In this document: positions 22,082 to 34,262 of the stretch, piece after piece
Layout: every line of letters starts with the position of its first letter
Numbering within the stretch: position 1 is the stretch's first letter
Source: Candidatus Latescibacterota bacterium
Lineage (GTDB): Bacteria > Latescibacterota > UBA2968 > GCA-2709665
Assembly (NCBI GenBank): GCA_965219455.1
Contig: OZ244744.1
Coordinates: forward strand, 2,816,001 to 2,880,000
Direction: 5' to 3'
DNA length: 64,000 bases
The notes under the pieces: generated by a model
Database searches by the model: none
Told to the model about the DNA's origin: nothing
The model's input: only the letters and a program-made list of their open reading frames with translations
Program-made: the position numbers and the translations under genes

Positions 22082-22492
22082 TTACGATCTTCCGGCCAAT
22101 CTTGCGCCGATCCACGCCATGGGTATGTAGGCGCCAACCAGGTCCACGACGGCAAACAAGGTGGGTGACGCTATCGAGACCGCGTTGATGATGCCGCCTA
22201 TCAGGAAAAAACCACCAACAACCATCGCCGCTGCCATCCCGCGGCTTGCAGACATGACGACGGCCAGATACGCGCCTGCGAGGGTCCCCAGGGCGTGAGC
22301 CAGGAACGGGAAGACGAAGTGCTTGAATTCAAACAGGTGCAGGGATGACCTGATGGATTCCATATTGGTCACATCGACACCATCAGGGGGTGGGATGATT
22401 GCAGGACCTACTACCACCAGTGCCATATTTGCTACACTTCCTGCAATAATGCCGACGATGACGGCCAACGCATTCTTTAGTCTGGGATTCAT
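22082..22492 (-). CDS. Small multi-pass membrane protein
   Basis: Four hydrophobic segments, FPFLAHALGT, DLVGAYIPMAW; GAGGTG RBS. Confidence 0.8.
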   Translation of the reverse strand: MNPRLKNALAVIVGIIAGSVANMALVVVGPAIIPPPDGVDVTNMESIRSSLHLFEFKHFVFPFLAHALGTLAGAYLAVVMSASRGMAAAMVVGGFFLIGGIINAVSIASPTLFAVVDLVGAYIPMAWIGARLAGRS

Positions 22493-22709
22493 AAATCACC
22501 TCGCCTGTTCAGTTTTCGTTTGAACGATCTCTCCTCCACGTCTTAGCGCTTCAGTGCCTGTCGCGAATCCGACGCTCATAGGCAGTTCCTTTCCACGTTA
22601 AAACAAGCCTATCACGCCAAACTTGAAATCTCTTCGAAAAGGCTGTTTCGGTTAACAGCCACTCCAATTTTGATGGTCAGAGTTCATGCATTTGTCGTCA
22701 GGCACATTT

Positions 22710-23726
22710 TTAAAACAGGTGTGCCGCACTTTCAAGAAAACGACGGCGTTTGTTTACGTCTGTAATGCAATCTGCAAAGCGATGAGCGCCATAGAGAATC
22801 TTCAACCGATGTTCATCGCCTCCGCCATCGTTTATGGTGATTTCCTCACGCCAGTAGTCCGATGTGCGAGGATCGTGCTGCGATTTCACGGAGTACCTGT
22901 TTTCGGCTTGCGGGAATTCCGGAAGGCTCAACCACAACTCAATATGTTGCCGATGAGCTGCCATCCCTTTAGTCGCCAATGAAGAATACCCCAATGCCTG
23001 CAGATCCAATAGTGCTACGGCATGATTTATGACATGGATCGGTCCGCCAACGCCTCTTTTGGTGAAGTTGTCCGGTACGACATAGCGGGATACTGCATCG
23101 ATCATGTCGACATAGCTCTCATAGGGTTGATTGACCGGCTCTTGAGCTACCGAGAACTCACGGGGGTCTGCCAATTTCTCATTACCTGGTACACGTGCCC
23201 ATCCCGGCCCGCGACCCACAAAAGCCTTGAGCAAGTCATTGATGCCTTCTATAATCGCAGGAAATGCATACTGTGGTGCAGCATGTAGTGCCTTTAGAGC
23301 TAAGGACGCGAAGATAGAATTGTGTCCTGAATCCCGACATTCGGTGATACTTGGCTCAAGTGCAGCGGCAACAGATGGTATTAGATCCGCGTTTGGTCTC
23401 TGGTCTGGTTCGGTCGAAAAGAAAATCTCATTGGTTGAAGATTGCCCGTCCCCGCTGAACCAGATTGACTCTGAGTTGACCATGCGTTTCACGAGATCAT
23501 AGACTTCGGCTTGAACGTCGGTTGATAGGGCATTCTCAAGACAAAAGAAATATGCAGCCAGCATCGCAGCGGCTGGATGGCCGCACATACGATTCTTACT
23601 GATTGCCCGGCTCATACCAATGAGCCCTTTAAGCAAAAACTCATCTACGATGACAGTCTTGCTATTCACGGAAGACTCCTGTCTGATGACCGAACGGAAT
23701 ATGTGCTTCATTGAGACATGAATCAC
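22710..23726 (-). CDS. Hypothetical helical protein with repeated His motifs (start uncertain)
   Basis: 338-aa ORF of lower GC; GHPAAA, SGHNSIFA, HVINH, EHRLK. Confidence 0.65.
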   Translation of the reverse strand: MIHVSMKHIFRSVIRQESSVNSKTVIVDEFLLKGLIGMSRAISKNRMCGHPAAAMLAAYFFCLENALSTDVQAEVYDLVKRMVNSESIWFSGDGQSSTNEIFFSTEPDQRPNADLIPSVAAALEPSITECRDSGHNSIFASLALKALHAAPQYAFPAIIEGINDLLKAFVGRGPGWARVPGNEKLADPREFSVAQEPVNQPYESYVDMIDAVSRYVVPDNFTKRGVGGPIHVINHAVALLDLQALGYSSLATKGMAAHRQHIELWLSLPEFPQAENRYSVKSQHDPRTSDYWREEITINDGGGDEHRLKILYGAHRFADCITDVNKRRRFLESAAHLF

Positions 23727-23739
23727 TGGATCGGGTTTT

Positions 23740-25086
23740 TCACTTCCGCGCCCGTAGCGCGTCGTCTACGGCCGAGAGGAGTTGATCGACGTGAGACGTT
23801 TCCATTGGCAATGAGACATTGCCGCCGAGTTTCGTGTAGATCCCGCGGTTGAGCAGTGCGAAGAACAGCCAGCGGTGCAGAAGCTGGTTGTCGCGGGCAG
23901 CCTGGCGGTAGTTTCGGGGTTTCTCGGTGAGGAAGTGGATCCGGAACAGGGAGCCCGCCGTTGTGACCTGTGCCTCGAGGCCGGCATCCTGGAAGACGCA
24001 TCCGAGCCGGTCGGCAAGGCGCCGCGTCAGAGAGTCCAGCCTTTCATAGGCTTCCGGCGTGAGCATGCGAAGGGTCGTGAGGCCTGCGACGATGGCGATG
24101 GGGTTGGCGTTAAACGTGCCGGAATGAGGAATTTTCGGGGTGCCTCCGGTGGGGTTGTAGAGATCCAGGATGTCGGAGCGGCCGCCCACCACGGCGCCGG
24201 GGGTGCCGCCCGCCACGACTTTTCCCAGGCACGTGAGGTCAGGGCGTACGCCATACGTATCCTGGGCGCCGCCATGGGAGATGCGAAAGCTTACGATTTC
24301 GTCGAATATGAGCAATACGCCGGCGCGTTCCGTGATTTCGCGGAGACGCGCAAGAAAACCGTCGACCGGAAGGGTAAACCCGGCTGCCGTTGAAAGCGGA
24401 TCGACCACCACCGCGGCCAGATCGTCCCCGTGTTCGTTGATGATCGTATCGCAGGCGTCGGCATCGTTAAACGGGAGGACGATGACATTCTCGACGGCCT
24501 GAGGGGTTAGGCCGCGTGAGGAAGGCACTGAGCAGGGCCGGGTGGCCGGTCCCAGATTTCCGTCGACCGGAGGGACGTGGCTTACCATCACGTATTCATC
24601 CATTCCGTGGTACGCCCCTTCGAATTTGGCGATTCTGGTTTTGCCGGTGAAGGCGCGGGCCGCGCGGATGGCATTGAGGATGGCTTCGGTGCCGGAGCTG
24701 CAGAAGCGTACCTTTTCAAAGGAGCCGACGCGGTTCTTCAGGAATTCAGCCATTTCAACTTCGAGGGCCAGTGGTCTTGAGAAGCCCGTGCCGAGGGCTA
24801 TCCGTTCCCGCAGCGCGGCGACGAGTTCGGGGTGGGCGTGGCCCAGGATGAGGGCGGTATTGTTGTTTACGAAGTCGAGAAGGCGATGTTCGTCCAGGTC
24901 GATGAGATGGACGCCTTCGCCGCGGTCGGCGTAGACCGGGTACGGGTCAAAGTGGACGCCGGTGCGCGTGTTCCCGCCGGGAAGCGATGCCTGGGCCCGT
25001 TTGAACATCGCCTGGGATCGCGGGTGTTTGTCCATGTATTCGGCAATCTGCCTGTCGAGCGATGCCTGTTGGTGCTGCGGTTCCAT
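23740..25086 (-). CDS. Class III PLP aminotransferase (glutamate-1-semialdehyde aminomutase-like)
   Basis: ILGHAHP, SSGTEA, FEGAYHG, LIFDEIVSFR, DLTCLGKVVAGG, SGTFNANP. Confidence 0.9.
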   Translation of the reverse strand: MEPQHQQASLDRQIAEYMDKHPRSQAMFKRAQASLPGGNTRTGVHFDPYPVYADRGEGVHLIDLDEHRLLDFVNNNTALILGHAHPELVAALRERIALGTGFSRPLALEVEMAEFLKNRVGSFEKVRFCSSGTEAILNAIRAARAFTGKTRIAKFEGAYHGMDEYVMVSHVPPVDGNLGPATRPCSVPSSRGLTPQAVENVIVLPFNDADACDTIINEHGDDLAAVVVDPLSTAAGFTLPVDGFLARLREITERAGVLLIFDEIVSFRISHGGAQDTYGVRPDLTCLGKVVAGGTPGAVVGGRSDILDLYNPTGGTPKIPHSGTFNANPIAIVAGLTTLRMLTPEAYERLDSLTRRLADRLGCVFQDAGLEAQVTTAGSLFRIHFLTEKPRNYRQAARDNQLLHRWLFFALLNRGIYTKLGGNVSLPMETSHVDQLLSAVDDALRARK

Positions 25087-25362
25087 ACAATCCTCGTTTC
25101 GGGGTGGTCGGCGCTGAAGAGGGAGAGGGGAGAGAATTTCGGCACGGCGCTTTCAATGTGTGGTTTCAAAATACCGAAAAACGAGAAGGGATTTCAACTG
25201 TTGTTTGCAGCCTCCGGCAAGGGATCGGCCTCAGCAGCCCGGGTGGGCTTTTTCAACGGGCTGTCAGGCGGAAGGGGTTGACTTGCACGGGATACGGGCG
25301 TAGCATACAGGGTGTGTTTCAGACAGGCTGACGTGATATCGACGTTGGATGGAGGTGTCGTT

Positions 25363-26349
25363 ATGGCGGGTTTGGAAGTCGATGGGTTGCCGAGGCTTAC
25401 CGACGACCTGGCGGTGGCGAAGTCAAATGTCGAGCGGTTCGGTTATTGTTTGCTGAAGGGCGCGTTGAGCAGGGACCAGGTGGCGGCCATGCGGAAAAGG
25501 CTGGTGGAGCAGGCGGAGGCGGAGAGGCAACTGGGCGCCGCGTATGAAGACGGAGGGCCGGACCAGAACTGGGGATCGTTCCGGGACGAAAGGGGTCGGG
25601 TACGGCCGGCGGCGTTCACCGCGGCGCACGGGGGCGTCAACCAGCGGGTGTGGATGTTGATCAACAAGGGGCGGGTGTTTCACCAGGTGTTGTTTCAGGA
25701 GCGGGTGCGAGAGGTGATAAACCACGTTCTGGGCGAGGAGTACCTGCTTTCGAGCTTTACGGCGAATATCGCCAAGCCCGGCGGCGTGGAGATGGATCTG
25801 CATACGGACCAGTGGTGGATGCCTTCGCCCACACGGCCGGGCCGGAGGGCATTGCCAGTGGGTTCGATAACCCGCGAGCGGTTTGATATGGACGGAGACG
25901 GCGCTCCGCAGATGATCGCGCCGGCGGCAGCGGCGAACGTGTTGTGGATGCTCGTGGATTTCACAGACGGAAACGGAGGGACGCGCGTCGTGCCGGGCAG
26001 CCACTTGTTCGGTCGGCAGCCGGTCAGGGCTTCCGACGTGGAGGCGGTTGCCGCGGAGGGTCCGGCGGGCACGGCCCTGATGATCGATGCGCGAATCTGG
26101 CACGGTACCGGGGCCAACGTGACGGGCGGTCAACGGCTTGCGCTGTTGACGACGTTCTGCGGTCCACAGTTCCGGCCGCAGGAGAATTTCACCGTTGGTA
26201 CCTCGCCCGAGGTAATGAAGGATGCCTCCCCCGAGTTGCTGGCGCTGCTCGGGTTCAAGGTGTGGAACGCGTACGGCCGTGTTGAGAATCCTGCGGTGGA
26301 GTACATTTCACCGGGCGAATCGTCGCTGGGGGAACTGCGGCCGGAGTAG
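25363..26349 (+). CDS. Phytanoyl-CoA dioxygenase (PhyH) family protein
   Basis: LHTDQ, NGGTRVVPGSH, WHGTGAN; GGAGG RBS. Confidence 0.9.
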   Translation: MAGLEVDGLPRLTDDLAVAKSNVERFGYCLLKGALSRDQVAAMRKRLVEQAEAERQLGAAYEDGGPDQNWGSFRDERGRVRPAAFTAAHGGVNQRVWMLINKGRVFHQVLFQERVREVINHVLGEEYLLSSFTANIAKPGGVEMDLHTDQWWMPSPTRPGRRALPVGSITRERFDMDGDGAPQMIAPAAAANVLWMLVDFTDGNGGTRVVPGSHLFGRQPVRASDVEAVAAEGPAGTALMIDARIWHGTGANVTGGQRLALLTTFCGPQFRPQENFTVGTSPEVMKDASPELLALLGFKVWNAYGRVENPAVEYISPGESSLGELRPE

Positions 26350-26353
26350 AGCT

Positions 26354-26617
26354 ATGGCGCGCAAAGAGAGGGTTGATCGACGGACCATTTCGATCCACTG
26401 CGCCAGGTGCCGGACGCTGCTCTACAGGTACCAAAAAGGCGGCAGGGGCGGCCTGGTCAAGTGTTTCGTGGAACGGATTGTGGAGGACTGCACCCGCGGA
26501 GATTTGAAGTGTCCGGATTGCGGGCAGGCATTTGCGAGGGACCGGATGATGGGCGGACGACCGGCGCACAAGATCATCCAGGGCAAGGTGTATACCAGGG
26601 GGATGTCGAGGAAGTAA
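26354..26617 (+). CDS. Small zinc-ribbon protein
   Basis: CARC...YQKGGRGGLVKC...CPDC. Confidence 0.7.
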   Translation: MARKERVDRRTISIHCARCRTLLYRYQKGGRGGLVKCFVERIVEDCTRGDLKCPDCGQAFARDRMMGGRPAHKIIQGKVYTRGMSRK

Positions 26618-26636
26618 TATCACCGAGGAGACTATA

Positions 26637-27176
26637 ATGGCCGAAGAACGCGCGACGTTCGGAGGGGGATGTTTCTGGTGCGTGGAGGCGTTTTATCAGG
26701 ACCTGCACGGGGTGCAGGAAGTGGTTTCCGGATATGCCGGTGGCTCGGTTCCGAATCCGACCTATCGGGATGTGTGCGACGGAACCACGGGTCATGCCGA
26801 GGTCGTGCAGATTCGATTCGATCCCGAGACGGTTTCCTATCGGGACCTGCTGGACGTGTTCTGGCGCACTCACGATCCGACAACGCTGAACCGGCAGGGG
26901 GCGGACGTGGGCACGCAGTACCGGTCGGAGATTTTTTATCACGACGAGCAACAGCGGGCGGAAGCGCAACAGTCCCTGGCAAAGACGGATGCCTCGGAGC
27001 TGTGGGCGGACCCGATCGTGACGGAGGTTTCGCCGCTAGGCGAATTTTTCAGGGCCGAGGATTATCATCAGAATTACTATCGCTCCAATCGCGCCCAGCC
27101 GTACTGCATATTCGTGATCGACCCGAAGATGCAGTGGTTCAGGGACGCGTTTCAGGATCGGTTGAAGGCAGGGTGA
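26637..27176 (+). CDS. msrA: Peptide methionine sulfoxide reductase A
   Basis: GGGCFWC, TGHAEVV, HDPTTLNRQG, AEDYHQNY. Confidence 0.97.
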   Translation: MAEERATFGGGCFWCVEAFYQDLHGVQEVVSGYAGGSVPNPTYRDVCDGTTGHAEVVQIRFDPETVSYRDLLDVFWRTHDPTTLNRQGADVGTQYRSEIFYHDEQQRAEAQQSLAKTDASELWADPIVTEVSPLGEFFRAEDYHQNYYRSNRAQPYCIFVIDPKMQWFRDAFQDRLKAG

Positions 27177-27180
27177 TGGC

Positions 27181-29412
27181 ATGGAAGGTGGGCGATACGG
27201 ATTCAGGCTGGTGGTGACATCGCCGCTGCCCTCGGATCTCGGGCGCATTCCGATGTCGGTGGAAATGGATTTCGGACGTATGGCGCGGGAGATCAAGGCC
27301 TCGGGTGTGTTCGATCCGAATTCCATTGAAGTTGTGGACGTCGTGTCGGGTGAGGCAATGGCGTTCGTTCGGACCGAGGATTTCGCCTACGGCGATCGGG
27401 GCAGAATCGAGTGGGTGGTTGAGGATCCCACCCATACGGCGTATGAGATCCGATTTTGTACCCTGCCGAAAAGGCCGCCGTTGCAACCCCAGGAGTACAC
27501 GCCGATGATCGGCGTCGGAGACCTCCTGAGGTACAACGCGGGGGCACCACGCCCAATTGCAATCTCGCATTCGATGCGTCTCATTGACATAACCGGCGAC
27601 GGCCGCGCCGATCTTGCGGGGTGCTGGAATTATTATTATCGACCGGGGTCACCCATCAGCGGGATTGTGTTTTATCCTCGTGTGGGACCGGAAGAGGACT
27701 TCACGTTTGGAGATCTTGCCCGGCTGCGGTACGTGGATGAACGAGGATCGCGTGAACTCAAGCATTTCCAGGATGTGTACGCCGAAGCTGATTTTGTGGA
27801 TCTGAACGGCGACGGGCTTCCCGACATTGTGTACGCGGGGATGCACGATAAAGGGGTGACGGTCTACCTTAATTCAGGCGAACGCGACGGGGGCGGGTTG
27901 CCCGTTTTCGTGAAGGACATTGAGATTCCGGCGCCGGTTGCTCAAAACGCCGGGATCCGCATTGTGGATCTGAGCGGGAATGGCACTCCGGACCTGGTGG
28001 TCAACGGGCACTATGTCCGGAATCTGAATCCGGACGGCTGGCCGTTCATGGCCGCCGATGCGGTGGATCTCGAGGTTGGAAAACAACTCACGTTCCTGGA
28101 TCTGGACGGCGATGGACTACCGGACGTTATGGCGATGCCGGTTGGCGGGTATGACCATCCTCTGACGTGGCGGAGGAATCTGGGCGGGGACCCGCCCCGG
28201 TTCGGACCACAGCAGAAGCTGGGAGACTTGAAAACGGGTTTCTGCAGCCGGCTCAGCGCGGTAACAGACGGCAATCGGAGAGGGATTCTGGTGCAGCACA
28301 ATATGTATCAGAATCTCACTTTCTATGAACTCGCCGGAACGCGGGCGGGCCAACCCCGTTTCGAGCACCGGGGAAGGGCCCGGTCGGTGTCGGCGGTGAT
28401 GTCATTCAGCGATCAGTCCTGGCCGTGTTCGTGCGACTGGAATGGAGACGGGGTCTCCGATTTCGTCATCGGCGGGGGTTACGGATGGCCGCGCGTGGTC
28501 ATCAATAGCGGGAGCAATGAGCGACCGGTCTGGACAGAGCCGGAGTTGATTGGTTCCGAAGGTAAGCCGATCCGGATATTGCGCGATGAGATACTGCACA
28601 GTAAACACCGGCACAATATGGGGTACCCTTATCCCGTATTTGTGGATTGGGACGGGGACGGTCTGCCGGATCTGATGCTCCCGAACGAAACGAACCGGAT
28701 TGTCTGGTATCGAAATATCGGTACGTTCGAAGAACCGAGGTTTGGAACCCGTAGATTCCTTGAAGTGGATGGATTCCCGGATTCCGACGATCTGCGGGCG
28801 GAAACGGGCAGGGCGGCCTCCGACGAGACCCGGCCCGACAGTCCCTATCCTTTCGATGCGCGTTCGCCGTTTTTCTGGCGGACCGGCGCGGCGTTTGCGG
28901 ACTGGAACGGCGACGGGATGATGGATTTTATCGCACACGATCATACCCGCAAAGCAACGCTGTTCCTTCAGTATCGGGATGGAGAGAGCCGCCGCAGACT
29001 CAAACGGGGCGACCACGTGCGGCTGGTGGACGGGCGGGAGATCGACGACTCCATTGTGGGCCGGACAAAGCACTGGACCGAGTCGTTCCGCGCCGTGGAT
29101 TGGGACGGGGACGGATTGATCGACCTGGTATACAATCTTGCGGGAACGGGTACGATCTATTTACTGCGCAACGTGGGTTCGGCGGATGCCCCGGTGTTCG
29201 ACCTGCCGAGAGAGTTCAGGTGTTACGGCGAGGAGATCGCGTTTACGGTTCACGGTCCGAACGCGTGGCCGGGTGATTTCAACGGCGATGGAAGGCCGGA
29301 TCTGTTGGGATGTGTGGAGTGGAGCGTATACCCGTTTTACTGTCACGCAGCCCTGGAGATGGAGAGTCACCCCACGTACCGGATCGGGACGGTACGGAAG
29401 ATGACGTTCTAA
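27181..29412 (+). CDS. FG-GAP/VCBS repeat protein
   Basis: Many DxNGDGxxD repeats. Confidence 0.85.
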   Translation: MEGGRYGFRLVVTSPLPSDLGRIPMSVEMDFGRMAREIKASGVFDPNSIEVVDVVSGEAMAFVRTEDFAYGDRGRIEWVVEDPTHTAYEIRFCTLPKRPPLQPQEYTPMIGVGDLLRYNAGAPRPIAISHSMRLIDITGDGRADLAGCWNYYYRPGSPISGIVFYPRVGPEEDFTFGDLARLRYVDERGSRELKHFQDVYAEADFVDLNGDGLPDIVYAGMHDKGVTVYLNSGERDGGGLPVFVKDIEIPAPVAQNAGIRIVDLSGNGTPDLVVNGHYVRNLNPDGWPFMAADAVDLEVGKQLTFLDLDGDGLPDVMAMPVGGYDHPLTWRRNLGGDPPRFGPQQKLGDLKTGFCSRLSAVTDGNRRGILVQHNMYQNLTFYELAGTRAGQPRFEHRGRARSVSAVMSFSDQSWPCSCDWNGDGVSDFVIGGGYGWPRVVINSGSNERPVWTEPELIGSEGKPIRILRDEILHSKHRHNMGYPYPVFVDWDGDGLPDLMLPNETNRIVWYRNIGTFEEPRFGTRRFLEVDGFPDSDDLRAETGRAASDETRPDSPYPFDARSPFFWRTGAAFADWNGDGMMDFIAHDHTRKATLFLQYRDGESRRRLKRGDHVRLVDGREIDDSIVGRTKHWTESFRAVDWDGDGLIDLVYNLAGTGTIYLLRNVGSADAPVFDLPREFRCYGEEIAFTVHGPNAWPGDFNGDGRPDLLGCVEWSVYPFYCHAALEMESHPTYRIGTVRKMTF

Positions 29413-29452
29413 CCGCGTGTGCTCCACGGAATACGGGTTGCTTCTTCAACTC

Positions 29453-30304
29453 TTAATCGGGCCCCGACGTCGACGCGATGGCCTGCCGGCGGGCGGAGGC
29501 AAGCGCGCGGTAGCAGAATTCCGCGGCGTGCCAAGGGTCGTACCCAGGCCGATTCCAGATCATCGCGCTGACTTCAGCGTTAACGGGTACAGTGGCGCCC
29601 GCCTTGAGCAGGACCTGGAAGTATGCCACGAGGTCAAGGCTGCCTTCGCCGGGCAACAGGAAAGTCACGGCGCCGTCTTCCATGTACCCGTCTTTGATGT
29701 GGATGTGAACGGTGTGAGGAAGGCAGAAGTCGGCGGCGCGTTCGAGGTCGATGCCCTGAACATGAAAGTGGCTGTGGTCGAAGTGGATTTTGAGGTTGGG
29801 ATGACGGGTGTGTTCCATAAGCCATGCCGCTTTTTCAGGCGTATCCAGGATAGCGCCAACGTGCGGTTCCACCGCCAGAATGACGCGATGCGCTGCTGCG
29901 AGATCCGCCAGTTCCAGCAGGTCGGCGGCTACGGATTCCTTTTCCTTATCCCAGTTTGAAAGGGGGCCGCCCAACGTTGTTGTGATGATGCCGGGGTCGT
30001 CCCCATAGTTGAGGTCGCGAGCGAGGATGCAATTCCGGATGAAGCGGGCTAGCATCGTCGGGCGGTCGCTGCCTCGTGCGCACGTGGAAACGGGGCCGAA
30101 GCATGCCGGTGGCGGGAAGCCGAGATCTCGCAGGGTGCCTGCAAGTCTGCGCCGCGTGTTCCGGTCGAGCCTATGGGGCGCGGTCGGCCATGCGTCGCCG
30201 ATTGCGATTTCGACGGCTTCGTAGCCGATCGCGCGAATTTTGGGCAGGGCGTCAAAAACGTCGACGCTCTGGGTGGCGTAGGTGCTGAATCCGAGGGGGA
30301 TCAA
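29453..30304 (-). CDS. Sugar phosphate isomerase/epimerase (xylose-isomerase-like TIM barrel)
   Basis: GYEAVEI, LAVEPH, FDHSH, HIHIKD, PGEGSLD. Confidence 0.85.
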   Translation of the reverse strand: MIPLGFSTYATQSVDVFDALPKIRAIGYEAVEIAIGDAWPTAPHRLDRNTRRRLAGTLRDLGFPPPACFGPVSTCARGSDRPTMLARFIRNCILARDLNYGDDPGIITTTLGGPLSNWDKEKESVAADLLELADLAAAHRVILAVEPHVGAILDTPEKAAWLMEHTRHPNLKIHFDHSHFHVQGIDLERAADFCLPHTVHIHIKDGYMEDGAVTFLLPGEGSLDLVAYFQVLLKAGATVPVNAEVSAMIWNRPGYDPWHAAEFCYRALASARRQAIASTSGPD

Positions 30305-30414
30305 TGGACCTCAGCTCCGTGTAAAGGCAAAAAAACAAACGGAAAAGGCGAGTGATAGGTTTTGCTCCTGGCCTGCGAAATCATTTCCATCTGTCTCATT
30401 ATCTTATCTTTCAA

Positions 30415-30608
30415 TTTTTCTTCGTCCTTTTTCTTGTACGCCCAAGAAAAAGGACCAAAAAGAACGGCGCCGTTCGGCACGGGGCCGGTTTTTCCGCGAA
30501 TTACCTCAAGGGAAACAACGAGCGTCGTTGCCCTGCGACCGCCGGCAGCGATTGAGAACAACGTTGCTGGACGGATCAGCGCGGAAAAACCCCCATCTCC
30601 GCCACCGG
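30415..30608 (+). repeat. Structured dispersed repeat A, copy 2
   Basis: 5' part near-identical to copy 1; different internal loop. Confidence 0.85.
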
Positions 30609-30720
30609 TCGCACGAGAGGCAAACCGCTGGATAGAGCGAACAAACCCCCAACGCAACCACCGCGCGGGCGAGGGAACAAAGCGAGAGGCCGCACACCTC
30701 CTCGCGTCGTCGCTGAATTT

Positions 30721-30936
30721 GTAGGGGCAACCCTTGTGGTTGCCCACATCTTGGCGTAGACAACGGCAATTGACAACGCTGGGCCGTATGGATGACCGGC
30801 GTCAGTTGACCGCTGTTCCTTGTCGGACGCACGGTATACGTAGGGGCGACCGGCCGGTCGCCCCTACAGAATCCGAACAAACACGAATTGAAATCGCCAG
30901 GCCGAATCGCTAACCGGTTGTGGCTGAATGCTGATA
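30721..30936 (+). repeat. GTAG REPs and composite repeat B ending in a GCTGA heptamer tail
   Basis: GTAGGGGCAACCCTTGTGGTTGCCC (30721), GTAGGGGCGACCGGCCGGTCGCCCCTAC (30840), then ATCGCTAACCGGTT..GCTGAATGCTGATA. Confidence 0.7.
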
Positions 30937-32887
<1,951 letters not shown>

Positions 32888-32921
32888 ACTGACAGCCGAC
32901 TGCTAACTGACAGCCGACTGC
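32888..32921 (+). repeat. Heptamer-type simple repeat (3' exon of intron 2)
   Basis: ACTGACAGCCGACTGCTA ACTGACAGCCGACTGC. Confidence 0.7.
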
Positions 32922-33011
32922 TTTTTTCCATGACCGAAGATAGCGAACATCGCTCTTGTGTCAAGGGGCGTTAAGCCAGGTGCGGCGGGAGTTTTGAGAA
33001 AAGAGACCGAT

Positions 33012-34250
33012 ATGGAGCGGATCAACCTGGGATTGGTGGGTTGCGGCGGCATGGGAACGCGGCACCTCTATGGTCTGCGGACGCTCGCGCAGACGCCGTT
33101 CAACAGGATCGATTTGCGGGCGTTGTGTGACATCAATCCGGACAATGCCAGGATGGCGGCCGCTGAGGCCGGAAAGCTTCTGGGGGTGGAGCCGGCGGTT
33201 TTTGCCGATTTGGAGGCAATGGCCGCCGCGATGCCGGAACTGGATGCCGTCGACGTGGTGACCGATCCTTCGGTCCATCACCAGGTGGCCTGCCGGGCGC
33301 TGGATCTCGGGCTGCACGTGATGGTGGAAAAGCCAATGGCAATTACCGTTCGTGCTTGTCAGATGATGATTCAGGCGGCGGAGCGGAACCGACGCGTATT
33401 GTCCGTGGCGGAAAATTACCGGCGGGATCCCTCGGCGCGGCTGGCGCACCATATGGTGGCCGGCGGAGCGATAGGAGTCCCATACATGGGCCTGTTTCAC
33501 CAGGTGAGCGAGGGGGACCGGATTTTCATAACCCCCTGGCGCCACCTCAAGAATCGCGGTGGACCGCTGGTGGACATGGGGGTGCACTATACCGACCTGA
33601 TTCGCTATCAATTGGGGGATATCCACGAAGTGTACGGCGATGTGCGGCTGGTGGAGCCGGTGCGGCGAAAGGCCGATACGGTGAGGATGCCCTATGCATT
33701 TTACCGGAAACAATTCGAAAACATGGCGCCTGCAGTCCCCGCCGACGCCGAGGATTCGTCGGTGGCGATGTTTCGCATGGCCAATGGCGCCACCGTGAGC
33801 TGGGTGGTTGGTCTGGGAGGATACGGGGGATGCGGAATCCAGTTGATTCTCGGTACGGAAGGATGCGTTGAGGGTTTTGGCACACGCGGCGGACGGGTGC
33901 GGATGCGTCGCGGGCGTGGCGAATTCCAGGCACAGGAGGAAATGCTGGCAGGTGCGGAGGGCTTCGAGCCGGATGCGCTGACGGCTCATTTTTTCCCTAC
34001 GGGGGTAACGGCGGGTGATCGTGAGGTCGACTTGAAGCTTCTTGCCATGGAGTATTACGAGTTGGGCGAGGCCATCGCCGAGGGCAGGGAAGTAGAGGTG
34101 GACGGCACGGAGGGGATGAAGGACGTGGCGGCAGTGTACGGCGTGTTCGAGTCCGCGGTGGCGGGTCGGGCGGTACGGATGGCGGAGGTGGAACGCGGCG
34201 AAATTGACGCGTATCAGGCAGACATAGACGCGGCGCTTGGGATTACCTGA
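33012..34250 (+). CDS. Gfo/Idh/MocA oxidoreductase
   Basis: GLVGCGGMG, VEKPMA, DMGVHYTD. Confidence 0.9.
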   Translation: MERINLGLVGCGGMGTRHLYGLRTLAQTPFNRIDLRALCDINPDNARMAAAEAGKLLGVEPAVFADLEAMAAAMPELDAVDVVTDPSVHHQVACRALDLGLHVMVEKPMAITVRACQMMIQAAERNRRVLSVAENYRRDPSARLAHHMVAGGAIGVPYMGLFHQVSEGDRIFITPWRHLKNRGGPLVDMGVHYTDLIRYQLGDIHEVYGDVRLVEPVRRKADTVRMPYAFYRKQFENMAPAVPADAEDSSVAMFRMANGATVSWVVGLGGYGGCGIQLILGTEGCVEGFGTRGGRVRMRRGRGEFQAQEEMLAGAEGFEPDALTAHFFPTGVTAGDREVDLKLLAMEYYELGEAIAEGREVEVDGTEGMKDVAAVYGVFESAVAGRAVRMAEVERGEIDAYQADIDAALGIT

Positions 34251-34262
34251 AAGGAGTGTGAA